Assembly (NCBI RefSeq): GCF_000142905.1
Contig: NW_013657647.1
Span: 62,001-126,000 of the forward strand
From: Thecamonas trahens ATCC 50062
Taxonomy: Eukaryota > Protista > Apusomonadida
Reading direction: 5' to 3'
DNA length: 64,000 bases
Of this stretch, positions 41,467 to 53,663 are shown piece by piece. The first letter of the stretch is position 1, and each line of letters begins with the position of its first letter. The notes beneath the pieces were generated by a model. That model searched no databases. It was given only the letters and a program-made list of their open reading frames with translations, and was not told where the DNA came from. Both the position numbers and the translations under genes were made by a program.

Positions 41467-44400
41467 ATGGGATTGACTGGTCAGAACAAGCGCAAGCGGC
41501 CGGACGGGAGCCAAGGCTCGGCGGCGGTGGCGTCTGTTTCATCCGTCGTCGGAGCCGGCGGCGTCTCTGTCGACGACATGCTGGCAGCTGTGGCCACGCA
41601 TGGCCTCAACGCACGGAACGAATGGAGCTGGGAGTCTGAGGCGTATGAGGAGCAGATCAACAACAAGGCCGGTGTGATTAAGGTGTCGAAAGGTACTGTC
41701 AATGACTCCACCAAGGCCAAGGCCTTCGCCAAGCTCCGGTCGACGCTCGTCCAGCAGTCGCTGCCGTTTTTCTGGGATCTGACCTCACTCTCGCAGAAGA
41801 CCCGGGCGCACGCCGCGCACGGCATTGTCTCGCTCATTGCCAAGGCTCGGGTCGATTCGCCTGCTAAGGACGTGACGACCCTGGTGGAGTACGTTGTCAA
41901 GCGCCTGGTCCGTGGTATGGGTTCATCGTCGCAGGGTGCCCGCCAGGGCTACTCCGCCACACTCTCGACGCTCACCACTCTCGCCATCAACGACGTCATC
42001 GAGTCTGGCGCAGACTCGCCACTCGCTTCGGCTGCCAAGCTTGCCACGACCTTCAACATCCGTGCTGAGCTCGTCAACTTGGAGGAGTCGGACAAGGGCG
42101 GATACACACCGTCGGAGCGCCGCGATCAGCGGTACCGTGACGTCTTTGCCGTTCTCGCGGTCATTCACGGCACGACTGTCGCACTCAACGGCCTCGTGCC
42201 CGACGGCGCCAAGGCCAAGGCCCGTGCTGAGGTTGCCAAGCGTGTCTTTGACGTTGTCGGCCTCGACGCCAAGATCCTCCGCCGCACCGTCAACCTCGTC
42301 AACCGCTCGGTCGTCAACGAAGTGAGTCTCCTGCTCGCTGGCGACCTCGTCATCCGCGAGCTCATCTCGCTCGTTTCCAACGAGCCCGGCAAGGTTATTT
42401 CCCATGTCGTGCCGAGCCTCGCCGACGCTCTCGGCGGTACGCCGCGGTCCTTCACCGCCCCACTCGTCAACATGCTCGTCACCCTTACTCGGACCGACTC
42501 GTCCATGGACTGGGCCCCGGTGCTCTCGCCAAGCTGGTTCCGCTCTGGCACCTCGGCCGACGAATTGACTCCGGCCTTGCTCTTCTCCTCCAGCAACATC
42601 CGCATCATGATCTCCGCGGTCGTTGGCACCTCGACCAGCATCCCGTTCCCGTACATCTCAGCGCTCTCGGCCAACCTAGTGGCCCTTGCCGAGACTTGCG
42701 GCATCGACTCGCTCCCCACAGACGTCATGGCCGCCGTCGCCAAGCAATCGCGCTTCATCACGTCTGAAGGTGCCCTTCGCTCGCTCACCAGCTTTGCCGT
42801 CGCCTTTGTCGAGGCCTTTAGCAACACCGAGGCTGCCACCTCGGCCGGCGTCGCCGCTCTCCTTCGCATGCACGAGCTGATTGACACCTTCGCCGGCGTC
42901 ATCCACGCAACCCACCCTGTCGCCAACCGCAACACGCTCGCTGCTGTCCGCAAACTCCTCGACATCATCGAGGCCCATGCCGCAGAGGCCACCACTGAGT
43001 TTGAGCCCATTCTCTCAGTCCTGCTCACCCCGGCCCGGCCGCCGCTGGCAGAGCAGGCCAAGCTTTATGCCGCCGCCGCGCCCGAGCGCGAGCGCGCCTC
43101 GCGCATCATGGGTGCCTCGGTCTTTGACGTCGCCATCGCCACCCGCATCGCTGCCATCTCGTCGGTCCGCCCGCCGATGGCCAGCATGTGGAAGAATGCC
43201 GCCTCTGGCATTGGCCAGTCCCCGCGGTCAGTCGCCGTGTACGAAGCCAACGTCATCGCCGCCATTGATATCCTTGTCAGCACCATCGCCACTGCCACCG
43301 ACCGCTCGTCCGACGCCATCCTCCGGGCGCTTGTCGCCATGAGCGTCATGGGCAAGCTCACCGTCACCTCAAGCGCCGCTGACAGCGACCCGGTCGAGGA
43401 CCGTGCCACCGCCGCCAAGGCCGCCGCCAAAGCCATCACTGCTGCCAAGCTGCCGCATAACCTCAGTGCATCCGCCACTACCCGCGATGTCTCGGCCATC
43501 TTTTCGATGCTCGTCACGCCGGCCATCCGCACTGTCGCCATCCGCGCCGTCTTCTCTATCCTCATGTCTGTGGCGTTTGTCGAGGAGACCTCGCACGAGG
43601 CCAAGTGGTCGGCCCGGACCTGGTCAGAGCGCTTTGTGGGTGTCTCCATGGCGCATGACGAGCTGTGGGTTTGCGTTGCGCTCGACACCCTCCGTGGCGC
43701 CGTCTTCCCCACTCTTACCTCGATCGACAATGTCATGTCTGTCTCCGGCACTGCTGCTGATGCCGCTGCCGAATCGGCCCTCGCTGTCCTCGACTCGGTC
43801 ACCTCGGTCGCCCCGTTCACCGCCACAACGACGCATGCCTTTTCCAAGCTCTTTGGCCGCTCCAAGATCGACCACTCGGTTGTGTGCGCCCTCCACTCCC
43901 TCCACTCCCTCAACCTCGCTCTCGGTGTGGCCCTCGCCGTCGCACCGTCTCGGGATCTCGTTGACGTCCTCCGCGACACGGCCCAGGCCACCGTCCAGCT
44001 GCTGGCCAACGCCAAGCCGACCAAGAAGATCCTCTCCAAGCTCCCGTTCGGGCCGACGAGCAAGGACGAGCCGAACCCTTTCCATGTCATCGCCGACGCC
44101 ATCGTTGCCATCAACGCTTCGGACCTGGCCTTTGTCCGTACGGCTGCCCTCACCATTGCACCCATGCTCGGCCCCGTCGTTAACGCCGGTGCCCTCGACA
44201 TCTTTGCCGGCGTCATCTCGCAGAACGTGGCCGAGGCGCTCAACGAGATGGACGATGGCGGCGACGTCGACTTTGAGGACAACATGGACGACATGGAGAT
44301 CGGCTCAGATGACGACGAGTCGGACGCGTCCGCCTCGGCAAGTGACGACGGTTCGGACAACTCGATCAAGGCCTCGCGCATTGCTGGCATGCCGGGTCTC

Positions 44401-45927
44401 TCGGCCGATGACGAGGCCGCCATGCGCCGCCAGCTCATTCTTCGCCACGCTGCCAACAACCCCGAGCTGGCACACACCCTCGGCATGGATGCCAACGAGG
44501 CCAGTGAGGCCGTCGATATGTCGGGCCTCAAGAACATGTCTGGCTCGGGTTCCGACTCGGGCTCAGGCTCGGGCTCAGGCTCGGGCTCAGGCTCGGGCTC
44601 GGGCTCAGGCTCGGGCTCGGGCTCAGGCTCGGGCTCGGGCTCAGGCTCAGACTCGGACGATGGCTCGGACGATGGCGCCGAGTCGTCGTCGTCGTCGGCC
44701 TCGCTTCCAGCGGCGACTGACGAGGAGATGTTGCGCATCGACGACCTTCTCTCGCAGGTCTTCAAGTCGTCGAACAAGAAGTACCGTAAGCGGGCACAGG
44801 AGCAGAAGGTCATTGGCTACATCCACTTTAAGATGCGGGTCATCAAGTTTGTGACGGCTCTGGTCAAGGCCATGCCGCCGACGCCGCTTGTCCTCGAGCT
44901 CGTGCTCCCTCTCATGGACGGGCTGACGGCGACCAAGGGCCTTGGCAATGCAAACAGCGACCTGACGAACGCCATCTCGACCGCTATCGGCGTTCTTGTC
45001 AAGGTCAAGGTGGTGATCAGCACGCCCGAGGCTGCGCTCCGGGCCTCGGTCATTCTTTCGACACTGTTTGGCAAGAACAACAGCGCCCGCTCGCGCCACG
45101 TCCGCGAGCAAGCGAGCAAGCTCATTCTTTGGCTTGGTGCCCGCACCACCGCGCCGTCGTGCTGCGAGCGCGAGGAGCTGTGCGACAAGCTTGGTGGCAT
45201 GCTTGTCCAGATGATGACCGAGCTTGTTCGCTCCGGCCAGCGCCATGTCCACGACGCACAGGTCTTCCTCCAGAAGCTCTTCACCTCGTTCCCCACGGCA
45301 CCGTACATGAAGCTCCCGGAGATTGTCTCCCTCCTTGGCAAGTGTGGCAACCTCCGCATCCTCCGCGACTTTCTGGACCTCACCGTCTCGCTTGTCCGCA
45401 TGTCCAAGATGGTTGCGCGCGTCCTCGACGCCGAGCCACGGACCAAAATCTGCTCCGCCACCTACACCAAGCTCGCCCAGTGGTTTGGCTCGGCCGCGCT
45501 CCTCGCTGCCAAGGAGCACAAGACGAACGCCGTGCGCGGCGTCCTCAAGTCGGCAACCAAGGCCAGACTCTGTCTCAGCAAGGAGCTCAAGGCGTTCGAT
45601 GCCGAGCCCGAGCTGGACTCGAAGACGCTCAACGCCATCGAGTCGAACGTCGACGATATTCTCGCCACCCACACCTCGGCCCCGCTCGTGCAACAGTGTC
45701 ACGCCATTCTCCGCGGCTTTAGCGGCCAGGAGGCGCCCAAGCCGCAGTCCAAGAAGGCCCAGTCGGGCAACAAGGCCAGCACCAAGGGTTACGACGCCGT
45801 TGACGACCACGCCATCCCGGCGAGCAAGCGCGCCGCTATTGCCGCCAAGGCCAAGAAGGCCGCCAAGGCCGCACGCGCAGCACGCAAGGCCAAGAAGGCC
45901 GCATCGAAGAAGGCCAAGGCCGAGTGA
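41467..45927 (+). CDS. MYBBP1A: Myb-binding protein 1A / Pol5 (DNA polymerase phi family) nucleolar protein
   Basis: [32 protein letters not shown], acidic stretch, [16 protein letters not shown]...HFKMRV, Lys-rich C-terminus. Confidence 0.88.
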   Translation: MGLTGQNKRKRPDGSQGSAAVASVSSVVGAGGVSVDDMLAAVATHGLNARNEWSWESEAYEEQINNKAGVIKVSKGTVNDSTKAKAFAKLRSTLVQQSLPFFWDLTSLSQKTRAHAAHGIVSLIAKARVDSPAKDVTTLVEYVVKRLVRGMGSSSQGARQGYSATLSTLTTLAINDVIESGADSPLASAAKLATTFNIRAELVNLEESDKGGYTPSERRDQRYRDVFAVLAVIHGTTVALNGLVPDGAKAKARAEVAKRVFDVVGLDAKILRRTVNLVNRSVVNEVSLLLAGDLVIRELISLVSNEPGKVISHVVPSLADALGGTPRSFTAPLVNMLVTLTRTDSSMDWAPVLSPSWFRSGTSADELTPALLFSSSNIRIMISAVVGTSTSIPFPYISALSANLVALAETCGIDSLPTDVMAAVAKQSRFITSEGALRSLTSFAVAFVEAFSNTEAATSAGVAALLRMHELIDTFAGVIHATHPVANRNTLAAVRKLLDIIEAHAAEATTEFEPILSVLLTPARPPLAEQAKLYAAAAPERERASRIMGASVFDVAIATRIAAISSVRPPMASMWKNAASGIGQSPRSVAVYEANVIAAIDILVSTIATATDRSSDAILRALVAMSVMGKLTVTSSAADSDPVEDRATAAKAAAKAITAAKLPHNLSASATTRDVSAIFSMLVTPAIRTVAIRAVFSILMSVAFVEETSHEAKWSARTWSERFVGVSMAHDELWVCVALDTLRGAVFPTLTSIDNVMSVSGTAADAAAESALAVLDSVTSVAPFTATTTHAFSKLFGRSKIDHSVVCALHSLHSLNLALGVALAVAPSRDLVDVLRDTAQATVQLLANAKPTKKILSKLPFGPTSKDEPNPFHVIADAIVAINASDLAFVRTAALTIAPMLGPVVNAGALDIFAGVISQNVAEALNEMDDGGDVDFEDNMDDMEIGSDDDESDASASASDDGSDNSIKASRIAGMPGLSADDEAAMRRQLILRHAANNPELAHTLGMDANEASEAVDMSGLKNMSGSGSDSGSGSGSGSGSGSGSGSGSGSGSGSGSGSGSDSDDGSDDGAESSSSSASLPAATDEEMLRIDDLLSQVFKSSNKKYRKRAQEQKVIGYIHFKMRVIKFVTALVKAMPPTPLVLELVLPLMDGLTATKGLGNANSDLTNAISTAIGVLVKVKVVISTPEAALRASVILSTLFGKNNSARSRHVREQASKLILWLGARTTAPSCCEREELCDKLGGMLVQMMTELVRSGQRHVHDAQVFLQKLFTSFPTAPYMKLPEIVSLLGKCGNLRILRDFLDLTVSLVRMSKMVARVLDAEPRTKICSATYTKLAQWFGSAALLAAKEHKTNAVRGVLKSATKARLCLSKELKAFDAEPELDSKTLNAIESNVDDILATHTSAPLVQQCHAILRGFSGQEAPKPQSKKAQSGNKASTKGYDAVDDHAIPASKRAAIAAKAKKAAKAARAARKAKKAASKKAKAE
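44539..44650 (+). repeat. Hexanucleotide (TCRGGC)n repeat encoding (SG)n
   Basis: Visible directly inside the MYBBP1A acidic linker. Confidence 0.92.
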
Positions 45928-46108
45928 ATGTGTAGGGTGCATGCATGTAGCTCGACGCGCAATGACACAAGCGTGTTTCATGGGGGTGGAAGGCGGTGGC
46001 CAGTGACACAGTGAGTGCGCCACTAGCCATCGACGAGGCGTACGCCGGCGCAGAGAGGCGGAGGTGCGGCACAGCCGACGCCGAAAGCGTGCGCGTAGAA
46101 ACTAACCC

Positions 46109-47977
46109 CTACGCCGAGGTAGTCATCGCCGCCGGTGACTCGGTCTGCGATGCGGCCTGTGACTCGCTAGCGCCGCCGGCGACTGAGCGGAACTCTGTCG
46201 AGTTGGATGAGAGGACCCACGCGTCAGGGAGAGTGCGCGGCAGGGCGTTGGCGTCCATGGCGATGGACTGATTCATGGGCGAAACAGCCATCGATCTCGA
46301 AGTGGCGGCAATAGGAACGTGGCCGAGAGAGTGCGAGGACGACGTCGCCATGCCCATGGCGTACTCGGGGTACGTCTGCCGGAGCACGTCCGAAACGGCC
46401 GAGATCGAGATGTTGGGGTTCGACAGCCGGGCTGATTCGTCGGTGAGTACCCTGAGCTCCGTCGGGATGTCGCCAGTCGATGGGACGTGGCCGAGCGAGA
46501 CATCTCTGCTGAAGGGCGGCAGGCCGAGAGCGGCAGTGACGGGCGTTTGCGTTCCAGAGCCGACCTGGGAGCGCGGGCGCGAGGCCGGCTGTGCCGGCGG
46601 ACCCATAGCTGAAGCCGGGCTCGAGCGATGGCGCTGGAGCTCGGTCGGCGGCAACGGCTTGGACCGCTTGGCCAGTGAGAGTAACAGATCCTCCTCCATC
46701 CGCAGCTGTGAAGCTTTGTCTGACGACTCGGGCGCGCGCTTGCGTTTGAGCGACGAGACCGAGAGTCTGCGCTCGGGCACGACAGCCATCGAGACGCGGT
46801 TGGCCGCCACGCCCGCGGGCACACGGTCGGGCACGGCGGGCGGCGGTGTGCTCAATGGCAGCGATGGGCGTGCGGACGGATGTGAGACGGGGGGCGGGGC
46901 AACTGGCGGCGGCATACCGGGGGCAGCAGCAGCAGCAGCAGCAGCCGCGGCAAACGCGGCCTGCATCGTCTGCTGGGTCTCCGCTGAGATAAACGGTGCC
47001 GGAATGACCGGAACATGCGGATGCTCCATGCCGGGTGGTAGCGGCATAGACGATGGGACCTCCGAGTAGGTGAGCTTGGCGATATTGGACTTTGAGAGCC
47101 GCATGAGCAGTGCCGAGTAGCGCGAGGCGTCGAGGGCGCGGGTAAAGGCGATGGGCTCGGGCACGTCGTCGGGCGTGTCGCGGAGGGCAAGGTACTTGGC
47201 GCGGATGATGTCGAGATCATCGGTGTTCTCTTGGATTTTGAGGGAGTCAAGGTCGATGTCAAAGACGGAACGGCGGAGAGCGGTGCCGCGCGACTTGCGC
47301 TTGGGCACTTTGCCTTCTGCCGCAGCTTGAGCCTGTGCGGCCCGCTTCTTTGCGCGGGCGCGCGATTGACGGTAGAACTTGCGCGAGTGTGTCTTGATCT
47401 GCTGGATGGTGCGGCGCGGAAGATAGTCTGCAATCTGGTCCCAGGCGCCGGCGCCAAAGTCTTCGACGGCAAGGAGGAAGAGGGCGTGCTCGGTCCGCGA
47501 CCACATCTTAGGCTTGTTCGGGTCGTCATCTTCGGTGACGGCGTTGAGATAAGCCGGCGAGTGGACGTACTTGACAAGCGAGGACCAGAGCAGCGACTTG
47601 GGTGGGCCTTCCGCATCGCGGCTGGCAAGAATGTCGACAATATTGACATCAGTGCATGCCCAGTGGAGCGACTCGTCCGACTTTGCCGTCGACGAGACAA
47701 TCTTGCCCGAGGTGATGCGTTTCTGGCGCGAGTAGTACTTTTGCCCGTGCGAGGCGACCTGCGACGGGTTCCGCGTCCGCACGTACTTGGTGGCGATGGA
47801 TCGCCAGTCTCCGCGGCCAAAGACCTCCAATCCGATGACGAAGAGGACGTGCTCGTTTAGCGTCCACGACCGGCCTGCGGTTGAGCTGGCCGAGCTATCC
47901 ATGGGTGATGCCAGCTTCCGCGCCCTGCTTCCAGACGGCATGTTCGACCGGGTTCGCGCCCGACTCCGAGGTGCCAT
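46109..47977 (-). CDS. Myb transcription factor with two SHAQKYF-class repeats
   Basis: WTLNEHVLFVIGLEVFGRGDWRSIA...RNPSQVASHGQKYY and WSRTEHALFLLAVEDFGAGAWDQIA...QIKTHSRKFY, followed by RRSVFDI. Confidence 0.9.
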   Translation of the reverse strand: MAPRSRARTRSNMPSGSRARKLASPMDSSASSTAGRSWTLNEHVLFVIGLEVFGRGDWRSIATKYVRTRNPSQVASHGQKYYSRQKRITSGKIVSSTAKSDESLHWACTDVNIVDILASRDAEGPPKSLLWSSLVKYVHSPAYLNAVTEDDDPNKPKMWSRTEHALFLLAVEDFGAGAWDQIADYLPRRTIQQIKTHSRKFYRQSRARAKKRAAQAQAAAEGKVPKRKSRGTALRRSVFDIDLDSLKIQENTDDLDIIRAKYLALRDTPDDVPEPIAFTRALDASRYSALLMRLSKSNIAKLTYSEVPSSMPLPPGMEHPHVPVIPAPFISAETQQTMQAAFAAAAAAAAAAPGMPPPVAPPPVSHPSARPSLPLSTPPPAVPDRVPAGVAANRVSMAVVPERRLSVSSLKRKRAPESSDKASQLRMEEDLLLSLAKRSKPLPPTELQRHRSSPASAMGPPAQPASRPRSQVGSGTQTPVTAALGLPPFSRDVSLGHVPSTGDIPTELRVLTDESARLSNPNISISAVSDVLRQTYPEYAMGMATSSSHSLGHVPIAATSRSMAVSPMNQSIAMDANALPRTLPDAWVLSSNSTEFRSVAGGASESQAASQTESPAAMTTSA

Positions 47978-48200
47978 ACTTGTATGTAGCTCCTGTTTGC
48001 TGCCTCCTTGCCCTTGTCCTACCCTGCCTCGCCTGGGTCACTCTGGGTCGTGCCGAGACGGGTGTGTCTCGGTCACTGGTCTGGCGGGGCAAGTGGATAG
48101 CTTTGGGCCGGCCGGACAGCGGCAACAGAATGACACATCGTTCAACGAGAGCGCCCGACCTGGCCAGCCCTACGCTAGCCGCCATCAAACCACATGCTGC

Positions 48201-51200
48201 CTATCGCTTTATGGTAGAGTGTGAACTGTCAGACTCCGAGTCGCTCTCGCTCGGATTGGCGGAGAAGGATGACCCACCGCCCGAGTTGAGGGCATCGATA
48301 GAGACCCGAAATGTGCGCGGGACCGACGAAAGGGAGAGCAAGGCGCCCGATAACATGCTCGATGTGGTCGAGCTGGCCACAGAGTACACGCCGGTCGTCG
48401 GTGGCGAGGCCTGCTTTCGTGGAGTTGGGCCGATGAGCGCGAGTTGCGGCGCGTTGTAGCTGGTCGACGAGGACATATCAATGGCCGAGTCGGCATCCTG
48501 CACTAAATTGGGAACTTGCTTGTCTGCCTCTGTCGCCGCTAGTGACGACAGGTCATCAGATGCAGCAGCGCGCGGAGCCTCGCTTTCACCGGACGCCTCG
48601 ATCGCGTGTTTCTGGGACGACGACAAATTCTCAAGCTTGCTGCTGGTGCCACGCCAAGACGACGGATGGCTCTCACACGTCGAGTGACGCCGCATCGCGG
48701 ATAATGATGCTGTGGCAGAGAAGGTGGCGTCCGTCAAGTTGTACAAGTGACTGGCGCCGTTGTCGAGGAGTGCGTCGATCGTTCTGGAAATATCTCCAGA
48801 CTCGCCAGAGCTCAGCAGCTCGTCGCCGACGAGTTTTTCTAGTGAGGAGTTGTCCGAGTGCTGCGACAAGGTCTCAAGCGATGACCGAGTCGATGCAAAT
48901 GTGGTCGATGAGACCTGCGACGTCTGGCTCGACGAAAACGTCTCGGGCTCGACCACGCACGAGAGCCATGGAGTCGAGTCAGTGTGTGGGGCGGCGTCAC
49001 AAGGAGCAGGATCGCGGACAGCGAGCCGAGTCGCAATCGGCAGCAGAGTCGGCGCAAGATACACTTGGTACACGGTGGCGGACTTGGTCTTGCCGGACGC
49101 CGAGGCCAAGAACAGCGAGTCACCCGTCGAGACAAGCGCGACGATTGGTTGCGGCAAGTCGGTGGCTTGCATGAACGCGCCGCTGCACGCTAGCCGAACC
49201 TCGATCGAGGCGCCCGAGATGCCAATGACATGCGGCCCAAGCGTGGCAATGCGATGCGGTGCGCGAATCCACGAGATGTGCGGCATGATGCTGTGCGCGC
49301 TCCGCCCGCTGTCGGCGTCAATGAGGACCGAAGAAAACCGGGAAGTGATGAGGACGTGCGACGACGGCTCATCCAAGTCAAGCTCGGTGGTCTGTGCGTT
49401 GTCGCCAATGGCAATCTCATCCTCAGCCTGAGGCTCGGCCAAAAGCTTGCAGTACTTGCCAGTGACAGGGTGGATGACGATAAAGCCCGAGGGAAGAACG
49501 AGCGAGAGCCGCCCGGACGAGAAGAACGAGACCCGAATTGGGCGCTGCTCAAGCTTGAGCGTGGTCGAGAGGACAAAGAGGCCATGGACCCACTCAAAAA
49601 TGCGGATGGTCGACTTGACTGCCACGGCCAGCATCGCCGTCCCGCCTTTGGTGACGAGCATGTCAAAGCACGTTGCGCTCTTGGTCTTGTCCAGCGTGTG
49701 TGTAACCGCCGGTCCGATGCTTGAGAGGTACGCGTACTGGATCGACGTCTTGGCCGCGCGCTTGCCCACACCGCCACGGAAAATGACAACGCCGAGCGAA
49801 CGCACAATGCGGAACGAAGAAATCGCACCCGAGACGAGCGTCCGAGACGCAGAAACCGACTGGAGGACGTTGTGGGTGTGGAGGCCACGCACATCGGCAA
49901 AGTACACCATGTTGTCCCAAATGTCCCATCCGGTAATACGGACGTTTTGTACGAAACGACAGGCGTCGTCTGCACGGCCACCTTGGCCAGGCCGAGGGCG
50001 CGGCGGACGGCCGAGCGACGTGCCCCGCTCTTGTTGGCACCAATGATGGGCGCCAGCACGCGCATGCTTGCGACATCAACTGGATTGCCCGACGATGGGC
50101 CGAGCTCAAACCCGGGCGAGGAAGTAGAAACCGCCATGACCAGCGATTCGTACACAGCACGCCGGACGTTGCTCAGCTCACGAACAAGGACCGGGAACCT
50201 CCGCAACGCAGAATGGATGCCGTTAACGAGCGACGCGAGCAGCGCGCCGGCGAGTGACGGATGGCCCGCCGGGTATGCCGTTGCACTCGGGAGGCACGAG
50301 TGCCCGGTCGCCTCGCGCCGCCGTGCGGTCTGGCAGATGTACGCGCCCGGAACGGATGGGCTCGGAGCCACCGCCAGGATTGTGCACGTCCGCGATGACA
50401 TGATCAGATCGAGCTGGACGCTCGTGTTCGCGCTCTCCAAGAACACAATGGCCGCAATGTTGGCCTTGAGCCGCACAGCACGCCGGATCTGTGAGCCCGG
50501 AATGAGTGGCGCGACGTGGAACATGATGTCAGTGGCGCCGACCGTGGTAAAGTACGACGTCTTGCCCGTCCGCGCCGCCGCCGACGTGTCGAGCTGCCCG
50601 GCGTAGCCGTCCCAGCCATTGAGCTCGACTTCGGTGCCTAGGAGTGAGAGAAAGTCCTTGAACGCGGCGATGCCGTCGCTGGAACCCGTCTGGTCGCCTT
50701 GGGCGTCCACGTCCTCGTTGCTGCTGTCGAGCACAACAGAGTTGCCCAGGATTTGCGATGAGTACTGCTGGTCGGCTCGTGCAAAAAGAACGGTGACTGC
50801 GAGCTGTCGCGGGAAGAGCGCGTCCTCGATTCGCACGAGTGCGTTGGCGACGCGGCTGCCGGTGACGTTGCGAAACTTGCTGTGCTTCTTGCCCAGGCCC
50901 TGGGGATCAAACTCGAGGAGGACTGTCTTGAGGTCACGCTTGAACGACTTGAACTTCTTGGTGGTCGCAATCTCCAGCGGTGTGACGCTCGCCGTTGTCC
51001 ACACGATGGCACGGATCCGTCGCTCGCCCGACCTCATGACCGAAATCACCACGTGTTCACCCTTCTCATTCACGTTCTCGCCGAGGAAGTTGGCATGTGA
51101 GGTTTGGGCAAAGTGCAGGCGGTACCACGCGAGTGAGAGCTTGTTGTTCTCGAGCAACACGTTGGCATCGGCGGGGTAGTGGGAGGCAGCGTCCAGCACC

Positions 51201-51744
51201 CATCCGGGCAGGGGGAGGAGGAGCGAGGAAGTCTGCGGGCTCCTGGGCGTAGCAGCGCCTTCCGCGGGTGCCTCTGTTGTGATCCGAGGTGGCTGGTCTT
51301 GGTTGGGTGCAGCCGCGAGGACCCGGATCCACTCCTTGGCCTCGTCTTCGCTGCGTCCCGAGAGCAGGACATCTCCGTTCTGATTCTGAGGATGCCGGAG
51401 CATAAACCCAGCCGAGTCAACTGGCGCCCCGGCAGCATCATGCGGCATGACATGGTACTCCCTAAGGTCAACACACATGGCAGTCTCGGCCTTGTGGTGT
51501 AACGGGACAAGCGTAACCGTTGACCCGCAGACATGCATGGCGTGAGGAATCCTGTTGACACATACCAATATTTTGAAAGGCGTTAGTCCGCGCCAATTAC
51601 CGATGACCTGCGTCTGCGGGTGCCGCACCCCACACATCCCCCCACCACCCTGCTCACGCTAGCGAAGCGTATGACATACCATTTGCGTGACGACCACGAC
51701 GGGGAGAGATACACCATGCCAGAAGTCACGTTTGCTTCAGACAT
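48201..51744 (-). CDS. PH - RapGAP-like - CNH protein (GARNL3-like), paralogue 3; apparent -1 frameshift near 49945
   Basis: Exon 51744-51680 (MSEANVTSGMVYL...RKW), phase-2 intron 51679-51552 (GTATGT, GACTAAC branch point, CAG). PH C-terminal helix SEDEAKEWIRVL; RapGAP FKDFLSLLGTEVELNGWDGYAGQLDT..TGKTSYF..IMFHVAPLIP; CNH-like ORF 48201..49910. Confidence 0.85.
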
Positions 51745-52332
51745 GGTCGATGTGGGGGTTGAGGCCGATGTAAAGGTTGGTCACCAAATTGACGCTCTTC
51801 TGCTCACCCGCAGCTCAGAAGACTTTGTGCCGATGGGCAAGGGTATGCGCGGGGAGGATTCTCGACGACACAAACAGATACCCTCACTCTCCGCGTGAAA
51901 AGGTAAGACGTGTAGGGGTGAAGGGGGGGGAGGGGGGGGGGGGGGGGGGGTCACGCTGGCGACAGGTGGTGCGGGTGACCACCTCAATATCCCTGGTTTG
52001 ACCCGCTAACCCAAAGACAAGGGGGGGGGGGGGGGTTACATACCATGCCGCCGCTAGGGAGAGCTAGGCATGTCTCGTAGACCCGCGATCGACAATCGAT
52101 ACCGTCGCGGTCACTTGAGAGTGCTAACGTCCCTAAGGGCGCCAGGTGACACAGAAGGAGATGGGCTGATGAGTTTGGGCAACACAGCTGATGGATGCGG
52201 GAGATTGACAGGTAGGCATGAACTGGTCAATTTCGACAGCCTAACCTGACCAAGTCGTGCTAAGCCGCACCGACCTGTACGGCATAGTGCAGGGCCGTGC
52301 AGATCAGTGCCGTGCCCTGACTTGGTGGGTGA

Positions 52333-52987
52333 CTACTGCATACTGTCCTCTACCACGGACTGCAGGTCTGGATCGGAAAAGAAGGACGCCGCAAAGCTGG
52401 ACAGATCGCTCGGGCGTTCTCTCAGTACACGCTGGGAAAAGACGTCAAGCATGGCGTGTAGCTCGGGGTGCTTCCGCAAGTAACGCTCGTTCTCCAGTCG
52501 AACTTGAATCTGTACGTGTGATCGAGCCCGAACGGGTGGGCGTCATCAGCAATACAGTTGCCATCCAGCCAGTGCCGTCGCCACGACCAGCGACCGCGAC
52601 CACCGCCATAATTGCCGTGATCCGTGCCGTCACCATGGCCACACCCGTGCCGTCACCATGGCCAGCGACCATGCCGTCACCATGGCCACCACACCCGTGC
52701 CGTCACCATGGCCAGCGACCATGCCATCACGACCACCATCACACACCATAGTCAGTACACGCCCGCGCACGCCCGCACACGCCCACACACAACACACACA
52801 ACAAACACAGCACGTCGTCTCCATCCACACCACGTACCAGATCCTCATCGAGCTTTGACTGCTGTGCCGCAGTGAGTACGCCATTGGGCGCCATACCCGA
52901 AGGCTCCGCAGCCGCCGAGCCCTCCTCCATAACGGTACCCAGGACTCCCGCCGGCAACGGAGGTGGGGCGGGCGGAGGTGTCGACAT
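52333..52987 (-). CDS. RIIAD1: RIIa domain-containing protein 1 homologue, 2 exons (108 aa)
   Basis: Exon 52987-52838 ends [15 protein letters not shown] before a GTACGT donor; intron 52837-52510; exon 52509-52333 reads [49 protein letters not shown]...*. This matches the RIIAD1 pattern as I recall it (IQTRIANEKYLRTH...RPDNILEFAADYFTDP). Confidence 0.85.
52620..52735. repeat. Imperfect tandem repeat (core TGCCGTCACCATGGCCA) in the RIIAD1 intron
   Basis: About 4 copies of the core are visible. Confidence 0.85.
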
Positions 52988-53019
52988 ACGTCCCTGGTAT
53001 GTACTGTGTTGGTTTGGTA

Positions 53020-53158
53020 TGGTGGTAGTGAGTGTGGTGGTAGTGAGTGTGGTAGTGGGTGCGGTGGTGGTGGTAGTGGTGCGGTGGTAGTGGTGGTGGT
53101 GGTGGTGGTGGTGGTGGTGGTAGGGCGCGGGGTGGAGTCAGGTTGTGCCCAGTCGGGA

Positions 53159-53193
<35 letters not shown>

Positions 53194-53218
53194 ATCGGAA
53201 TTGGGGTCGGGGTCGGGA

Positions 53219-53259
<41 letters not shown>

Positions 53260-53378
53260 ATCGGGGTCGGGGTCGGGGTCGGGGTCGGGATCAGAATTGG
53301 GGTCGGGGTCGGGATCGGGATCGGGGTCGGGATCGGAATCGGGATCGAGGTCGGGAGTCGGGATCGGGATCGGGGTCA
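53020..53378. repeat. (GGT)n and (GGGRTC)n simple repeats
   Basis: Visible directly; these generate spurious (SG)n, (RG)n and (PD)n ORFs. Confidence 0.95.
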
Positions 53379-53663
53379 CCCTCCGCCAACACTGCTCGCT
53401 TCATCGTCCACCCAACCCACATATTAACCATCATCGCCCTCAGATCATCCATGTCCACCCGCTCACTACATACAACATTTGTCCCTTATCATACTGCTCT
53501 CAGATGGAATTCGCCGCAGTCCGGTCGCGTGACGCACGCAGTCGTCGATGTTGCCCACAGCACTCCCGCCACTCCTGCCACCCCCACTCACACCACTCGA
53601 CACCACACATACACACACACCACTCGACACCACACATACACACACACATACACACACATATAT

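Noticed and set aside
41467-47977. Myb-binding protein next to a Myb transcription factor as a functional pair
   Set aside because: MYBBP1A/Pol5 is a conserved ribosome-biogenesis factor; nothing beyond the names links them.
52620-52735. Spaced direct repeats resembling a CRISPR array
   Set aside because: Spacers are very short and themselves repeated, the region is a eukaryotic intron, and there are no cas genes.
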